Origin: a virus
Lineage: Duplodnaviria; Caudoviricetes
Direction: 5' to 3' (one strand)
Virus record (IMG/VR): IMGVR_UViG_3300033434_000383
Location: 1-57,119 of that record
DNA: 57,119 nucleotides
How positions within the stretch are numbered: the stretch's first letter is position 1; each line of letters starts with the position of its first letter. The translations under genes were made by a program, and so were the position numbers. The notes under the pieces were generated by a model, which was not told the DNA's origin, searched no databases, and saw only the letters and a program-made list of their open reading frames with translations. Shown here piece after piece: positions 9,831 through 18,989 of this stretch.

Positions 9831-10829
9831 TTAGCTGCTTTTGTTTAATTTCTTAATAGCTTTTGCTCTCTCCTTCCGCTTTAAGGCTATTTCTTCCCTA
9901 TGTGCTTTTCGATAATCCATTTGCTTTCCTCTATTCCGACATTCCTTTGAACAATATACCGATCCGTCATCACCTGGAATAAAATACTCATAACAATATT
10001 TGTGCTTACACTTTATAAAGGACTTACCTCTCGTCCAGTCTAAAATTATCATTTTATATAGTAATCCCAGAAGTGACGGCGAACTCCAACTTACATTTAC
10101 CTTTCCTGATACAGTAGTATATTTCTCACGTACATCTTGAGTCATGTATTCTAGATTAAGATCAATATATAGCTTAGCACATCCAAAAACGCCACCATTT
10201 GCTTTTACCCATTCATCATATTGATCATAATCCTCCATTTCCGCTGGACTCATCCGCGGCGTATTATCCCATAGTTCTAATAATTCATCCCAACCATGCT
10301 GTTTAGCTGCCTGAGTGGTTTCAGTATACAATTGCCTTTCCATAATAGCGTAATTTTCCTGAAACGACTTTGAGTATACTATATTACGCAAAACTTCATC
10401 GTTTTGACTAGGGTTTTGCACACAATCATAAAGCTTTATAAGGTCACGATAATCAATAACACATCTCCTAAATTCATCTACCGAAATTTCATCGATTAAC
10501 CGCCGAGCTTGTGATTTTTCTTTTACAAGAAAGCAATTATGAATTTTCCCGTCATTATCCTCATACTTCGAATATGGAATACCAAATTCTTTTACCCATT
10601 TAACCATTTCTTCTGGATTGTTTACATCAATATTAACGAAGCATTCATGTATATTTAATTCGTCCTTGTCCTTTGTATAATTGACTTCGGCTACTTTGGG
10701 TTGTTTTCTTTTCTTGTCAAAATAATCAAATGGATTATATTTAAATATCTCTGATCCTACTGGAACTATCATATTATTATCTAGTCTATAGTCCGAATAT
10801 TTGTACCAAAAAATTTCATATTTAAACAT
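9831..10829 (-). CDS. DUF6076/CGNR-type C-terminal zinc-finger protein, probable regulator
   Basis: C-terminal KCKHKYCYEYFIP...YCSKECRNR..YR; divergent from xis/int; ATG at 10829 after GGGGGA. Confidence 0.6.
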   Translation of the reverse strand: MFKYEIFWYKYSDYRLDNNMIVPVGSEIFKYNPFDYFDKKRKQPKVAEVNYTKDKDELNIHECFVNIDVNNPEEMVKWVKEFGIPYSKYEDNDGKIHNCFLVKEKSQARRLIDEISVDEFRRCVIDYRDLIKLYDCVQNPSQNDEVLRNIVYSKSFQENYAIMERQLYTETTQAAKQHGWDELLELWDNTPRMSPAEMEDYDQYDEWVKANGGVFGCAKLYIDLNLEYMTQDVREKYTTVSGKVNVSWSSPSLLGLLYKMIILDWTRGKSFIKCKHKYCYEYFIPGDDGSVYCSKECRNRGKQMDYRKAHREEIALKRKERAKAIKKLNKSS

Positions 10830-11002
10830 CGCTTTATTTCCCCCAAAACTACGTAGTAACCTCATGATATTACATCGCGGGTATTACGTCAAATAAAATA
10901 TTATGCTATATTAGTCATATAAACAGATTATGGCTATGCAATTAGCCTATATATCTTGTAAATTTTCTTATTTTATCTAGAAAGGACTTATTCTTAATCT
11001 TA

Positions 11003-11215
11003 ATGACCGAATATAATAACTGGGATACTCTTCCCCTCACACTAAGCGTAAAAGAAACTGCGCAACTTACTGGCTATGGACAAGCAATAATCCGTGATCT
11101 ATGCCGAAGCCGCCGAATCCCTTGCCTCCATTTAGGACGTGCTTTCCGCATCCCCAAAGATGCACTTCGTAATTGGCTTAATACTGAATGTTATCAAAAT
11201 GGCACTACTGCATAA
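11003..11215 (+). CDS. xis: Excisionase (HTH_17)
   Basis: LSVKETAQLTG...IRDLC...IP.LHLGRAFRIPKDALRNWL; directly upstream of the integrase. Confidence 0.8.
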   Translation: MTEYNNWDTLPLTLSVKETAQLTGYGQAIIRDLCRSRRIPCLHLGRAFRIPKDALRNWLNTECYQNGTTA

Positions 11216-11304
11216 TGAGACTTTATATAATGCCATCTACAGTTAATATAGCTGCCCCATTTTTTTCCTTCGGATGATTTGTTTTTCGAAATGGGGTGCG
11301 TAAT

Positions 11305-12474
11305 ATGGCAAAAAAAGTGACTAAAAGAGGCAACGGCGAAGGCACTATATCTCGGCGTAAAGATGGTCGCTGGGAAGGTAGGTTGACGATTGACTTTGAT
11401 CATCAAAACGGTAAATCTATTCGCAGAACGTTCTATGGAAAAACTCGTAAAGAAGTTCAAGAAAAAATGGAAAAAGTTAAAGCTCAGATTGTCACTGGCA
11501 CTTATGTTTCTGACCGAAAAATTACTATTGGCGAGTGGCTAGACACTTGGCTTATAACCTACTCAAAACCTAATGTTCGGATTGCAACATGGGAAAGTTA
11601 TGAAACTATGGTACGAGTTCATATTAAACCTTCAATAGGTAATATCCCTCTACAAGACCTTCGCCCTGAGCACTTGCAGAAATTATACAATAACAAGTTA
11701 AAAAGTGGGAGAATCAAGGGCGGTGGCTTGTCCCCTAAAACAGTTGGTTACATTCATACAGTTTTACATATGGCTTTAAAACAGGCTACAAGGGAACAAC
11801 TTGTCATTCGGAATGTAGCGGAACTGGTTAATAAGCCGAAGCAAAAAAAACATGAGATTACGCCTTTGACACTTGATGAACTGAAGGGTTTCTTAAATGC
11901 AGTTGTAGAACACCGTTTTTTTGTTCCCTTCCTGCTTGAATGTCACACAGGATTACGGCGTGGCGAACTTCTAGGGCTTCGTTGGCAAGACATTGACTTC
12001 AAACAAAATACGCTTACAGTAAAACAAGCTCTCATTCGAACACGGCAGGGTTTATTAATGTCAGAACCTAAAACACAAAAATCCAGGCGTACCATTCCAC
12101 TTTCGGATGAAGTAATGGCTACTTTAAAATCCCACAAGGCAAAACAGAGCCAAGTTAAGTTATTGGCTGGAAAAGCATATGAAAACGCCGACCTAGTCTT
12201 CTGCAATGAATTAGGCCATCCTATCGATCCTAGGAACTTTACTAAGCAGTTTGCACGTATTTTAACAAATGCCAATCTGCCAGTAGTGCGCTTTCATGAC
12301 ATGCGACATAGCCATGCTACCATGCTCCTCATGCTAAATGAACATCCCAAGGTTGTTCAAGAAAGGCTAGGACATAGTACCATTGCCATGACGTTAGACA
12401 CATATAGTCATATACTTCCTGGTATGCAGAAACAAGCAACTGAGAAAATTAGCCAAGCATTAAGTAACACATAA
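11305..12474 (+). CDS. int: Tyrosine integrase
   Basis: KRGNGEGTI N-terminus; TGLRRGELLGL, HDMRH, LGHS and DTYSH catalytic motifs. Confidence 0.95.
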   Translation: MAKKVTKRGNGEGTISRRKDGRWEGRLTIDFDHQNGKSIRRTFYGKTRKEVQEKMEKVKAQIVTGTYVSDRKITIGEWLDTWLITYSKPNVRIATWESYETMVRVHIKPSIGNIPLQDLRPEHLQKLYNNKLKSGRIKGGGLSPKTVGYIHTVLHMALKQATREQLVIRNVAELVNKPKQKKHEITPLTLDELKGFLNAVVEHRFFVPFLLECHTGLRRGELLGLRWQDIDFKQNTLTVKQALIRTRQGLLMSEPKTQKSRRTIPLSDEVMATLKSHKAKQSQVKLLAGKAYENADLVFCNELGHPIDPRNFTKQFARILTNANLPVVRFHDMRHSHATMLLMLNEHPKVVQERLGHSTIAMTLDTYSHILPGMQKQATEKISQALSNT

Positions 12475-12496
12475 GTCTTTTCCGAAATAATAACTA

Positions 12497-12538
12497 TTAA
12501 AGCCGTCAGCAATATAAATATAATGCTGGCGGCTTTAA
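12497..12538. terminator. Bidirectional terminator after the integrase
   Basis: TTAAAGCCGTCAGCA / TGCTGGCGGCTTTAA stem. Confidence 0.7.
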
Positions 12539-12541
12539 TTT

Positions 12542-12563
12542 ATTGTCGTCAAATTGTCGTCAA
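12542..12563. repeat. Tandem 11-bp repeat, probable integrase arm-type sites
   Basis: ATTGTCGTCAA x2 between int and the tRNA fragment. Confidence 0.65.
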
Positions 12564-12610
12564 ACTAAAAAAGCTTGCAAGGTAATAAACCCGCGAAGCC
12601 TTGAATTTAC

Positions 12611-12655
12611 TGGTGGGGCATACTGGTTTCGAACCAGTGACCTCTTGAATGTGAA
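12611..12655 (-). other. 3' half of tRNA-Val(CAC); att core
   Basis: Minus strand TT-CAC-AT TCAAG AGGTC ACTGG TTCGAAA CCAGT ATGCCCC A CCA gives anticodon loop, T arm, acceptor strand and CCA; the 5' half is absent. Confidence 0.85.
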
Positions 12656-12751
12656 TTAGGAATTAGGTCTAATCTATGCAGATAACAATAGGTAAAACCT
12701 AGTATCTACGCCGCTATAGCCATATAGTTATATATGTTAGTATATGTTTTT

Positions 12752-12780
12752 GTTAGAACATGGTTAGAAGTATGTTAGAA
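12752..12780. repeat. Three GTTAGAA repeats at 11-bp period, probable arm-type sites of the prophage integrase
   Basis: Copies start at 12752, 12763 and 12774, about 100 bp inside the att core. Confidence 0.55.
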
Positions 12781-13147
12781 GTCAATCATTGTTGCTAGAG
12801 CATGTCTATTGTAAGATCAGCTTTAGGAATTCTTTCCTATTATATTACCGTACACTTATTGCACGCCAATCGACAGCTTGACTGTTTTTAATTCATACTG
12901 AAAGCTTCTTTATATTGAGGTAAACATTCGGTCTTGTCACAATAAGAATATACGTCGTCTGGTTGAAGCAAAACCCTTCTTTATCTTGATTTAATCATAT
13001 CATCTTTCATCTTGAAAGTGGCATTTATATATGATAAAATTCTACAAAATATTAAACTAGCTTATGTTTTTTGTAATTATTTTGCAGGAAATTAATGTAA
13101 TTTGTCGTATGAAATATAAGGTATTTCAAAAATTAGGAGGAACCTAT

Positions 13148-13867
13148 TTGAACACATTATTTTCTATTTTATTACTACTCTCAATCTTATTTTTTATTAT
13201 TGGTTTATTCAAGCCATCCCTGGTAATTCGTTGGGGTAATCCTGACAAACGGGGACGAAAAAAAGCTTTGACCACTTATCTTATTTTAATTGTGGTTTTC
13301 TTTATCGCTGGAGCAACGACAGATTCATCGGAAAATTCCCAATCACAACAAACTTCCCAACCATCTCAAGGGCAACAACAAACTGAAAAAGCAGCTGTAA
13401 AAACTTATAAATCAGGTCAGTATAAAGTTGGACAGGACATTCCGGCAGGTGAATACGTTGCTATCGCCAACGGTCAGGCTTATATTGAAATAGCAAAAGA
13501 TTCTAAAGGCACAATGCAAAGTATTTTAGCAAACGATATTTTTATTAACAGAAGCATAATCAGCGTAAGTGATGGTCAATACCTAAAAGTTCAAGGATGC
13601 GAATTATATGCTTTTAAAGACGCTCCGAAAGTACAAGATAATAATGGCTTTCTTCCTGCCGGCATGTATAAAGTCGGTGTAGACCTCCCTGCAGGGGAAT
13701 ATAAAGTTACCTCCGAAGGCGGAGACAGTTATATAGAAACCAGTAATACAAGCCGTCATTCAATGGGTGATATAGTTTCAAATGATATCTTTCAAGGCGA
13801 TAAATACGTAACTGTATCAGATGGACAGTATGTAAAATTCTTCAGGGCAAAAATCAAAGTAAAATAG
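13148..13867 (+). CDS. Membrane-anchored surface protein (moron)
   Basis: TTG after AGGAGG; two N-terminal TM segments, S/Q linker, two G.YKVG.D.PAGEY repeat domains; GCAGGAAAT..GTCGTAT sigma-H-like promoter near 13084-13110; terminator at 13873-13893. Confidence 0.75.
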   Translation: MNTLFSILLLLSILFFIIGLFKPSLVIRWGNPDKRGRKKALTTYLILIVVFFIAGATTDSSENSQSQQTSQPSQGQQQTEKAAVKTYKSGQYKVGQDIPAGEYVAIANGQAYIEIAKDSKGTMQSILANDIFINRSIISVSDGQYLKVQGCELYAFKDAPKVQDNNGFLPAGMYKVGVDLPAGEYKVTSEGGDSYIETSNTSRHSMGDIVSNDIFQGDKYVTVSDGQYVKFFRAKIKVK

Positions 13868-13946
13868 CACCCAAGCCCCTCCACCGAGGGGCTAATTTAT
13901 TAATAAAAAGAACCGCCTATAAGGCAGCTAAGAGGAGAAATCATAT

Positions 13947-14170
13947 ATGACTAATGGCGTATTGAATTTTAGCAAGATGGCAGATAAGCTTAATGCCTCC
14001 ATGCAAAAGCAGCGGAATCAAAAACTGCCAAGGGGCTACATAGTCAAATCGTCGAATTAATTAACGGCTTTGAAAGAGACTTAGAACCGGATCTTGAGGC
14101 CGGGGCACAATTGGTGTCGTTTGGCCAAACCGTACAGTTTCACATAGTTGATGTAGGGTATTGGAAGCCA
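13947..14170 (+). pseudogene. DUF6173-like pseudogene
   Basis: AGGAG RBS and ATG; frameshift near 14030, then INGFERDLEPDLEAGAQLVSFGQTVQFHIVDVGYWKP; truncated. Confidence 0.55.
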
Positions 14171-14470
14171 ATCAAAGCCGTTTTTGCTGATTTCATTTCC
14201 AGTGTTGCACCCAAGTGAAACTATTTACCCTGTCAAACAGCCAATTTAGAAAGCCAAGGTATTTTAATCGTAATTTTGAAGTCGGAAAATTTCATATTGC
14301 CTCCTTTTGGCAGCGAGAAACCATCCATGACATAATGACTATTTATTCCAGATTAATAGCTGACTTACTGTTTCATTTTCGTAACATTTTACTTGTATAT
14401 GAATTGCTAACGCCAGTAATAAACTATATAATACTATATAATACTATCCCTAATACAGGGAGGCAACAAT

Positions 14471-15331
14471 ATGGAAACTTACACCACTAAAGATGAAATT
14501 AACCGTGAAAATCTTAAGGCTAACACGTTAGCATCAGTTATCCTTCGTCTTGATTTTACGCCAGTATTAGATATAAAAAGCTTTATAGAAATTGCGCAAA
14601 AAGTCTTGGTTCCTTTAGAGTTCAAATACAGCGAAGGAATTCTTAAAGACATTGAGGTAAAAATTAATGATCCAGGTGAATCAAGCAATGATGTTATTTT
14701 TAAAAAAAGTATAAATAGAGAAAATGTTTATAGATTTTTAAATGAAAAAACGCTTACGACTTTTAGTATTAACCGGTTTTTTCTTTCTTGTGAAATAAAT
14801 TGCACTGCTAAATACTTGTTCAGTCAGTACATCACAATATTTTGTAAACTTATAGATAACTTAAAGGGGAATTTTGAATATCTCAATGTAACACGTTTAG
14901 GATTACGAAAAATCAATATAGTATTATGTGAAAACATGGAAAATGTGTTTAATTGTTTTGAGAAACAATATTATGGTAGTTATTCCTCAAACATTAATTC
15001 TGAACTTTTAATGCTTGAAAATAAAGATCATTTTAAGTATCACAATATAGGCTTTAATTTAATTAAACAATTAAATACCGGAATTGCTCAAATTATCGAT
15101 GAAAAAACTAGTACTATTACAGAATCTAATGTCATTCAAGTAGCACTTGATATTGACGGATATTTAAAAGACAACGACGTTAGTGCCATAATCAATTGGG
15201 AATCAACTATTAAAGATATAAATAATCATATATTCACTATTTATAAATCGCACCTCTGTTTAGACTTTCTCAGCGATTTAATAAAAGGCACTTCCAACAA
15301 AGTAATAGGAGGTGTAACATTAAATGCTTAA
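14471..15331 (+). CDS. TIGR04255-like protein
   Basis: NTLASVILRLDF N-terminus, YRF..INRFFL, TRLGLRKIN and LDID motifs; GGGAGG RBS. Confidence 0.7.
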   Translation: METYTTKDEINRENLKANTLASVILRLDFTPVLDIKSFIEIAQKVLVPLEFKYSEGILKDIEVKINDPGESSNDVIFKKSINRENVYRFLNEKTLTTFSINRFFLSCEINCTAKYLFSQYITIFCKLIDNLKGNFEYLNVTRLGLRKINIVLCENMENVFNCFEKQYYGSYSSNINSELLMLENKDHFKYHNIGFNLIKQLNTGIAQIIDEKTSTITESNVIQVALDIDGYLKDNDVSAIINWESTIKDINNHIFTIYKSHLCLDFLSDLIKGTSNKVIGGVTLNA

Positions 15332-15500
15332 ATTTATAAATACTATTGATAAAAAAAATTCATGTGATGAAATTACTTTTAAAAATAATGATAGGCGAAT
15401 CATTTTTAAAAGTAATTATTCTACTACAAACAATAACATCAACGCGCAATCAAAACCGCCTTTGGAAGTGCGAGAAGTAACTACATGGAAAAACCGTTAA
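15324..15500 (+). CDS. Unannotated 58-aa protein coupled between the TIGR04255-like and MBL genes
   Basis: AGGAGGTG RBS; MLKFINTIDKKNSCDEITF...TTWKNR*; overlaps both neighbours. Confidence 0.6.
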   Translation: MLKFINTIDKKNSCDEITFKNNDRRIIFKSNYSTTNNNINAQSKPPLEVREVTTWKNR

Positions 15501-16444
15501 TTATTGATTTCAACAATATTTTTTTAGAAATATATTTAATAGGATATTCAGCCGAAGGAGAAAGCATTCTTTTTTTACTTCGTACTGAAGGTAGAGAAGA
15601 ACGAGTAGTTTTTTCTGGTGTTATTGATAGTTTTGAAGTTAAGAGTATTAATTATACAGATATATTACTTCATCATTTAGGTATTCAAAAAATCGATTTA
15701 TTGTGTTGGACTCATCCAGATAGAGATCATTCAATTGGAATTGATAGTCTATTGAATAAGTATGCCGACATAGATAAAACAAAAATTGTTTTACCCTGCT
15801 CACTATTCGAAAACCGATCAAAACTTACTGCTGATGCTTCTAGACGTTGTGATACAATTAAATCAGCAACATTAAGACGCAACGACGAATTAAAATATAA
15901 AATTATATATGCCCAACATGATTTAAGAGTATATGCTCGGCATTTCAGAAATCGCAAGGCTGAAGATTACTTGTTAGATATTACTGCTTTATCACCAGCT
16001 CCTTCGTTAATAATACCCCAAAATTATCATCATCAATTAGATACTAACTCATTTTCTATTGCATTATTAGTTTCATTTTCAGGAATAAATGCCTTATTCA
16101 CTAGTGATATAGAAAATAGAACACTAGCCTTTCTCTCAGATGAATTAGAAATGCCTCAAAAAATACACTATATTAAAATTCCCCATCATGGGTCATCGGG
16201 ATCAGATAAACTTATTGATATTATTGAAACACTCGATACTTCTGATATAGCTTGTACTACAGTTTTTTCAAAACACAAACTTCCAGAACAAACAATAATT
16301 AATAAATATAAATCAATTTCTACTCATGTTATTTCAACATCCGACTTTATTAACAACGAACCGGCCGGAATAATAGGTACACAATATGATATAAAAAATG
16401 CAACATATAGTTATAAAACATCTAATGATATAAATGACTTTTAA
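15485..16444 (+). CDS. Metallo-beta-lactamase-fold hydrolase (ComEC/Rec2-like)
   Basis: GESILF, IDS, THPDRDHSIG (HxDxDH), N..SI, FTSDIE and KIPHHGS motifs. Confidence 0.8.
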   Translation: MEKPLIIDFNNIFLEIYLIGYSAEGESILFLLRTEGREERVVFSGVIDSFEVKSINYTDILLHHLGIQKIDLLCWTHPDRDHSIGIDSLLNKYADIDKTKIVLPCSLFENRSKLTADASRRCDTIKSATLRRNDELKYKIIYAQHDLRVYARHFRNRKAEDYLLDITALSPAPSLIIPQNYHHQLDTNSFSIALLVSFSGINALFTSDIENRTLAFLSDELEMPQKIHYIKIPHHGSSGSDKLIDIIETLDTSDIACTTVFSKHKLPEQTIINKYKSISTHVISTSDFINNEPAGIIGTQYDIKNATYSYKTSNDINDF

Positions 16445-16466
16445 ACACAAAATATTTATCGACGAA

Positions 16467-16498
16467 CTGATCCACCTCCAACCAAGGAGGTGGATCAG
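16467..16498. terminator. Terminator between the convergent moron and the late operon
   Basis: CTGATCCACCTCC / GGAGGTGGATCAG perfect 13-bp stem. Confidence 0.75.
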
Positions 16499-16579
16499 CT
16501 ATTTATTATTTCCAACCAAACCATTTTCTCAACAATGGCATTATATTCACCGTAAATTTGAAATCAGGTATTGTAATCT

Positions 16580-17089
16580 TCATGCTGCCAACGACTCTAA
16601 CTTTCGTAACAAATCAGCCGGTGTAACATTGTCTGCCGAGAAATCCGGGAATATGTCTAAACCTCCTGCTTGCAGGATATATGTTACCGCCTCGGAACAA
16701 TCAAAAGTTTTCTTCCCATCACCCCGCGCTGTTATGCCTAATATATCGTGTAGGCCACCATCAACACACGCCATCCAACCATAGGGCGTATTAAGCAAGC
16801 TTTTAGCTTCTGACTCTGCTACCTCATAATCAGGTACATCAACAGTAATAGTACGGGTTTTACGCTCCTTATAAATATCAATAGGCGATTTAACAAAACC
16901 ATCTGGTGTAGCTTCTAACAGTCCGTCCAGCATAAATATACCGACATGAGTAGGATCATCCCCAGCGCCTTCCGCTTTATCTATAACTCTGCCAATTATG
17001 TACCACATCCAAGCCGACAACTTTTTCCGCCAGGTATTAACTTTTGCGCGATTATCTTCCGGCCAACAAAATAAAACATTCACCTTCAT
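16580..17089 (-). CDS. Permuted papain-like NlpC/P60 amidase (YiiX/YaeF-like)
   Basis: THVGI (His), LEAT..G.V, L..PYGW, FDCSEAV (Cys), VTPADL. Confidence 0.75.
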   Translation of the reverse strand: MKVNVLFCWPEDNRAKVNTWRKKLSAWMWYIIGRVIDKAEGAGDDPTHVGIFMLDGLLEATPDGFVKSPIDIYKERKTRTITVDVPDYEVAESEAKSLLNTPYGWMACVDGGLHDILGITARGDGKKTFDCSEAVTYILQAGGLDIFPDFSADNVTPADLLRKLESLAA

Positions 17090-17156
17090 TTATACATACC
17101 TCCACATAAAGAAAAAAGACCCGGTCATAAGACCGAGCCCTTTCCGTTGTAATAAT

Positions 17157-17975
17157 CTAATCTAAATAGCTTTCACGATCATCATAGTCAACTTCCGTAG
17201 CTTCCGTTAGCTTGGTTTGTATATTAACAATATATTTATCGACAAAATGATCAGCTATGCTTGTTTCCCCTGCCGCAAGATTTGCTTCGAAGTCTGAGAC
17301 AGTAATTGCCTCGGCACTAGTTTCATCGAGATTACAGTAATAAGTATCTTCCAGTAATATTGTTTCTTCGCCAAAATGACGATACCGCCCATTTTTACTG
17401 CTAATAACAGTTAACGGCGGTAACAACGGCACTAGGTCTTTATTATTAACCACTCGCAATAATGGAATATCCCGGTATTCACATACCCCATCATAGTTAG
17501 TAATCATCGGCTGACCAAAGGTAATGCTCTGCCCGATAGTAAAACCATCTTTAAGTAAATATAGATGAAGAATAACCGTAATAGCACCACCTAAAGAATG
17601 GCCTGTTAAGTATGTCGTATAGCTGGTATCCAAGTCAGACAAAATCAGATCGTAGACTTCAATTGCCGATTCAAGAAAACCACTATGAATATAGATGCCT
17701 GTTTTTTCATCTAAAGTTTTCGCATACTTCGCATCTTCAACCCAATTTTCTATAGTATAACTTCCTCGAGTAACAATATATTGTGCTTTATTGGTATCAT
17801 CGAAAAGCAATATACATTGCCCATCGGTTTCAGTGGCTTCAACAACTTTTACCCGGTAAGAATCGCTATATTTTTCCTCAATTTCTGATTCTGTTTTGTT
17901 ATAAGCTGCGTCCGCCATTTTCATATATTTTAATATTTCATCTGCTGTTAAATTTGATGATAAATAAACACTCAT
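17157..17975 (-). CDS. Class 3 lipase (alpha/beta hydrolase)
   Basis: RGS..NW..D, IHSGF, TGHSLGGA nucleophile elbow, TFGQP, RVVNNKDLVP.LPP, YRHFG, DH..Y; ATG after CGGAGG. Confidence 0.9.
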   Translation of the reverse strand: MSVYLSSNLTADEILKYMKMADAAYNKTESEIEEKYSDSYRVKVVEATETDGQCILLFDDTNKAQYIVTRGSYTIENWVEDAKYAKTLDEKTGIYIHSGFLESAIEVYDLILSDLDTSYTTYLTGHSLGGAITVILHLYLLKDGFTIGQSITFGQPMITNYDGVCEYRDIPLLRVVNNKDLVPLLPPLTVISSKNGRYRHFGEETILLEDTYYCNLDETSAEAITVSDFEANLAAGETSIADHFVDKYIVNIQTKLTEATEVDYDDRESYLD

Positions 17976-18083
17976 AATTAATTCCTCCGATAAATTCTTA
18001 TTTGACATACATTGGCATTACCAAACACCTATTTTATTGATGCATAAAGAAAGGCTCGATCTTATTTGACCGAGCCTTTTGCA

Positions 18084-18989
18084 TTATGAAATTTTATCAC
18101 TAAGATCTTCCAAACCTTGTTTTAACCCGGCAACTAGTCCGGCCAGTGCCGCACTCATAGCAGCAATTTCAATAGAATTGCGCACTTTAACCCAAGGGCT
18201 ATCAGTATTTTTAATTTCATTTGTAAGTTCCGTAATCTTAGCAGCTATTGCTTCAGAAATTCCGGTTGTAGTACTGGTGGTGGTAGTAGTAAGACTCGTA
18301 ATAGCGGCCGTAACGGCGGCTTCCTTTGCAGCATCCTCAACAGTTGACACAGTAGATTCCTCCCCAGTTGTTGTTTCGACAGTTAAAGTAATAGTTCCGG
18401 TTACAGTAGATCCAGCGACCACGGTCACATCAACAGTATTCGATGAATAACCGTCCATCGTTGCCGTAAAAATATAAGTCCCGGCCTCTAGCCCCTCGAC
18501 GGTGGCCTGTCCGACAGAATCGGTTGTAGCATCGCACGAAACTGAGTTGACAGTATAAGTAAGCACTACCCCTTCCATTGCGGAGCCGGAACTATCTGTT
18601 ACAGTGATGGTTACAGCTCCAGTAGTAACGGTTTCAGCAGCGGCTTCTGTTTCGGCTGTTGTTGTAGCAGTTTCACTTGATACTTCGGTATCCTCTACAG
18701 TTTCAGCCGTAGATTCCGAATCTGTTTCGGTAGCTAAGTCGGCAACCACTTCTTCATCAACAAACCTTTGTAAATTAAATTTCATTTCCATTGCCAAACA
18801 CACTCCCTTAATCTTTTTTATAATCCACCGCATAATGCGGGCGATGGTCCTTAAACCATATGGTATTGCCGCCTCAGCTTCCGCTTTGGCATAACTAAAA
18901 ATCGCCACTTGTGCAGCCTCTAATTCAGACTGCACAAAGGGCGATTTTGCAAGATATTCAAGTATTTGTACGACTTTTTCAGTTGGCAT
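18084..18989 (-). CDS. Lysis-region protein with a CarboxypepD_reg-like (Ig/prealbumin) domain; probable internal start at 18791
   Basis: ITVTDSSG..G..TTDS.GQA...GL.AGTY..TAT..GY domain; acidic T/E-rich linkers; in-frame AAGGGAG RBS before MEMKFNLQRF. Confidence 0.65.
   Translation of the reverse strand: MPTEKVVQILEYLAKSPFVQSELEAAQVAIFSYAKAEAEAAIPYGLRTIARIMRWIIKKIKGVCLAMEMKFNLQRFVDEEVVADLATETDSESTAETVEDTEVSSETATTTAETEAAAETVTTGAVTITVTDSSGSAMEGVVLTYTVNSVSCDATTDSVGQATVEGLEAGTYIFTATMDGYSSNTVDVTVVAGSTVTGTITLTVETTTGEESTVSTVEDAAKEAAVTAAITSLTTTTTSTTTGISEAIAAKITELTNEIKNTDSPWVKVRNSIEIAAMSAALAGLVAGLKQGLEDLSDKIS

Larger units (their letters stand above)
1..12655. mobile_element. Integrated phage-related element (satellite-like or decayed prophage); right end at the tRNA-Val 3' fragment, left end outside the window
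   Basis: Tyrosine integrase and xis next to a tRNA fragment with arm-type repeats; HTH Rep-like gene; two terS paralogs; TA cargo; several pseudogenes; AT-richer than the neighbouring phage structural genes. Confidence 0.75.

Noticed and set aside
12611-12700. Functional full-length tRNA
   Set aside because: The 5' acceptor strand, D arm and 5' anticodon stem are missing (CCTAA where CTTGA is needed)
14215-14490. 91-aa ORF as part of the candidate defence operon
   Set aside because: No clear RBS; it spans pseudogene debris and the likely promoter region of the next gene
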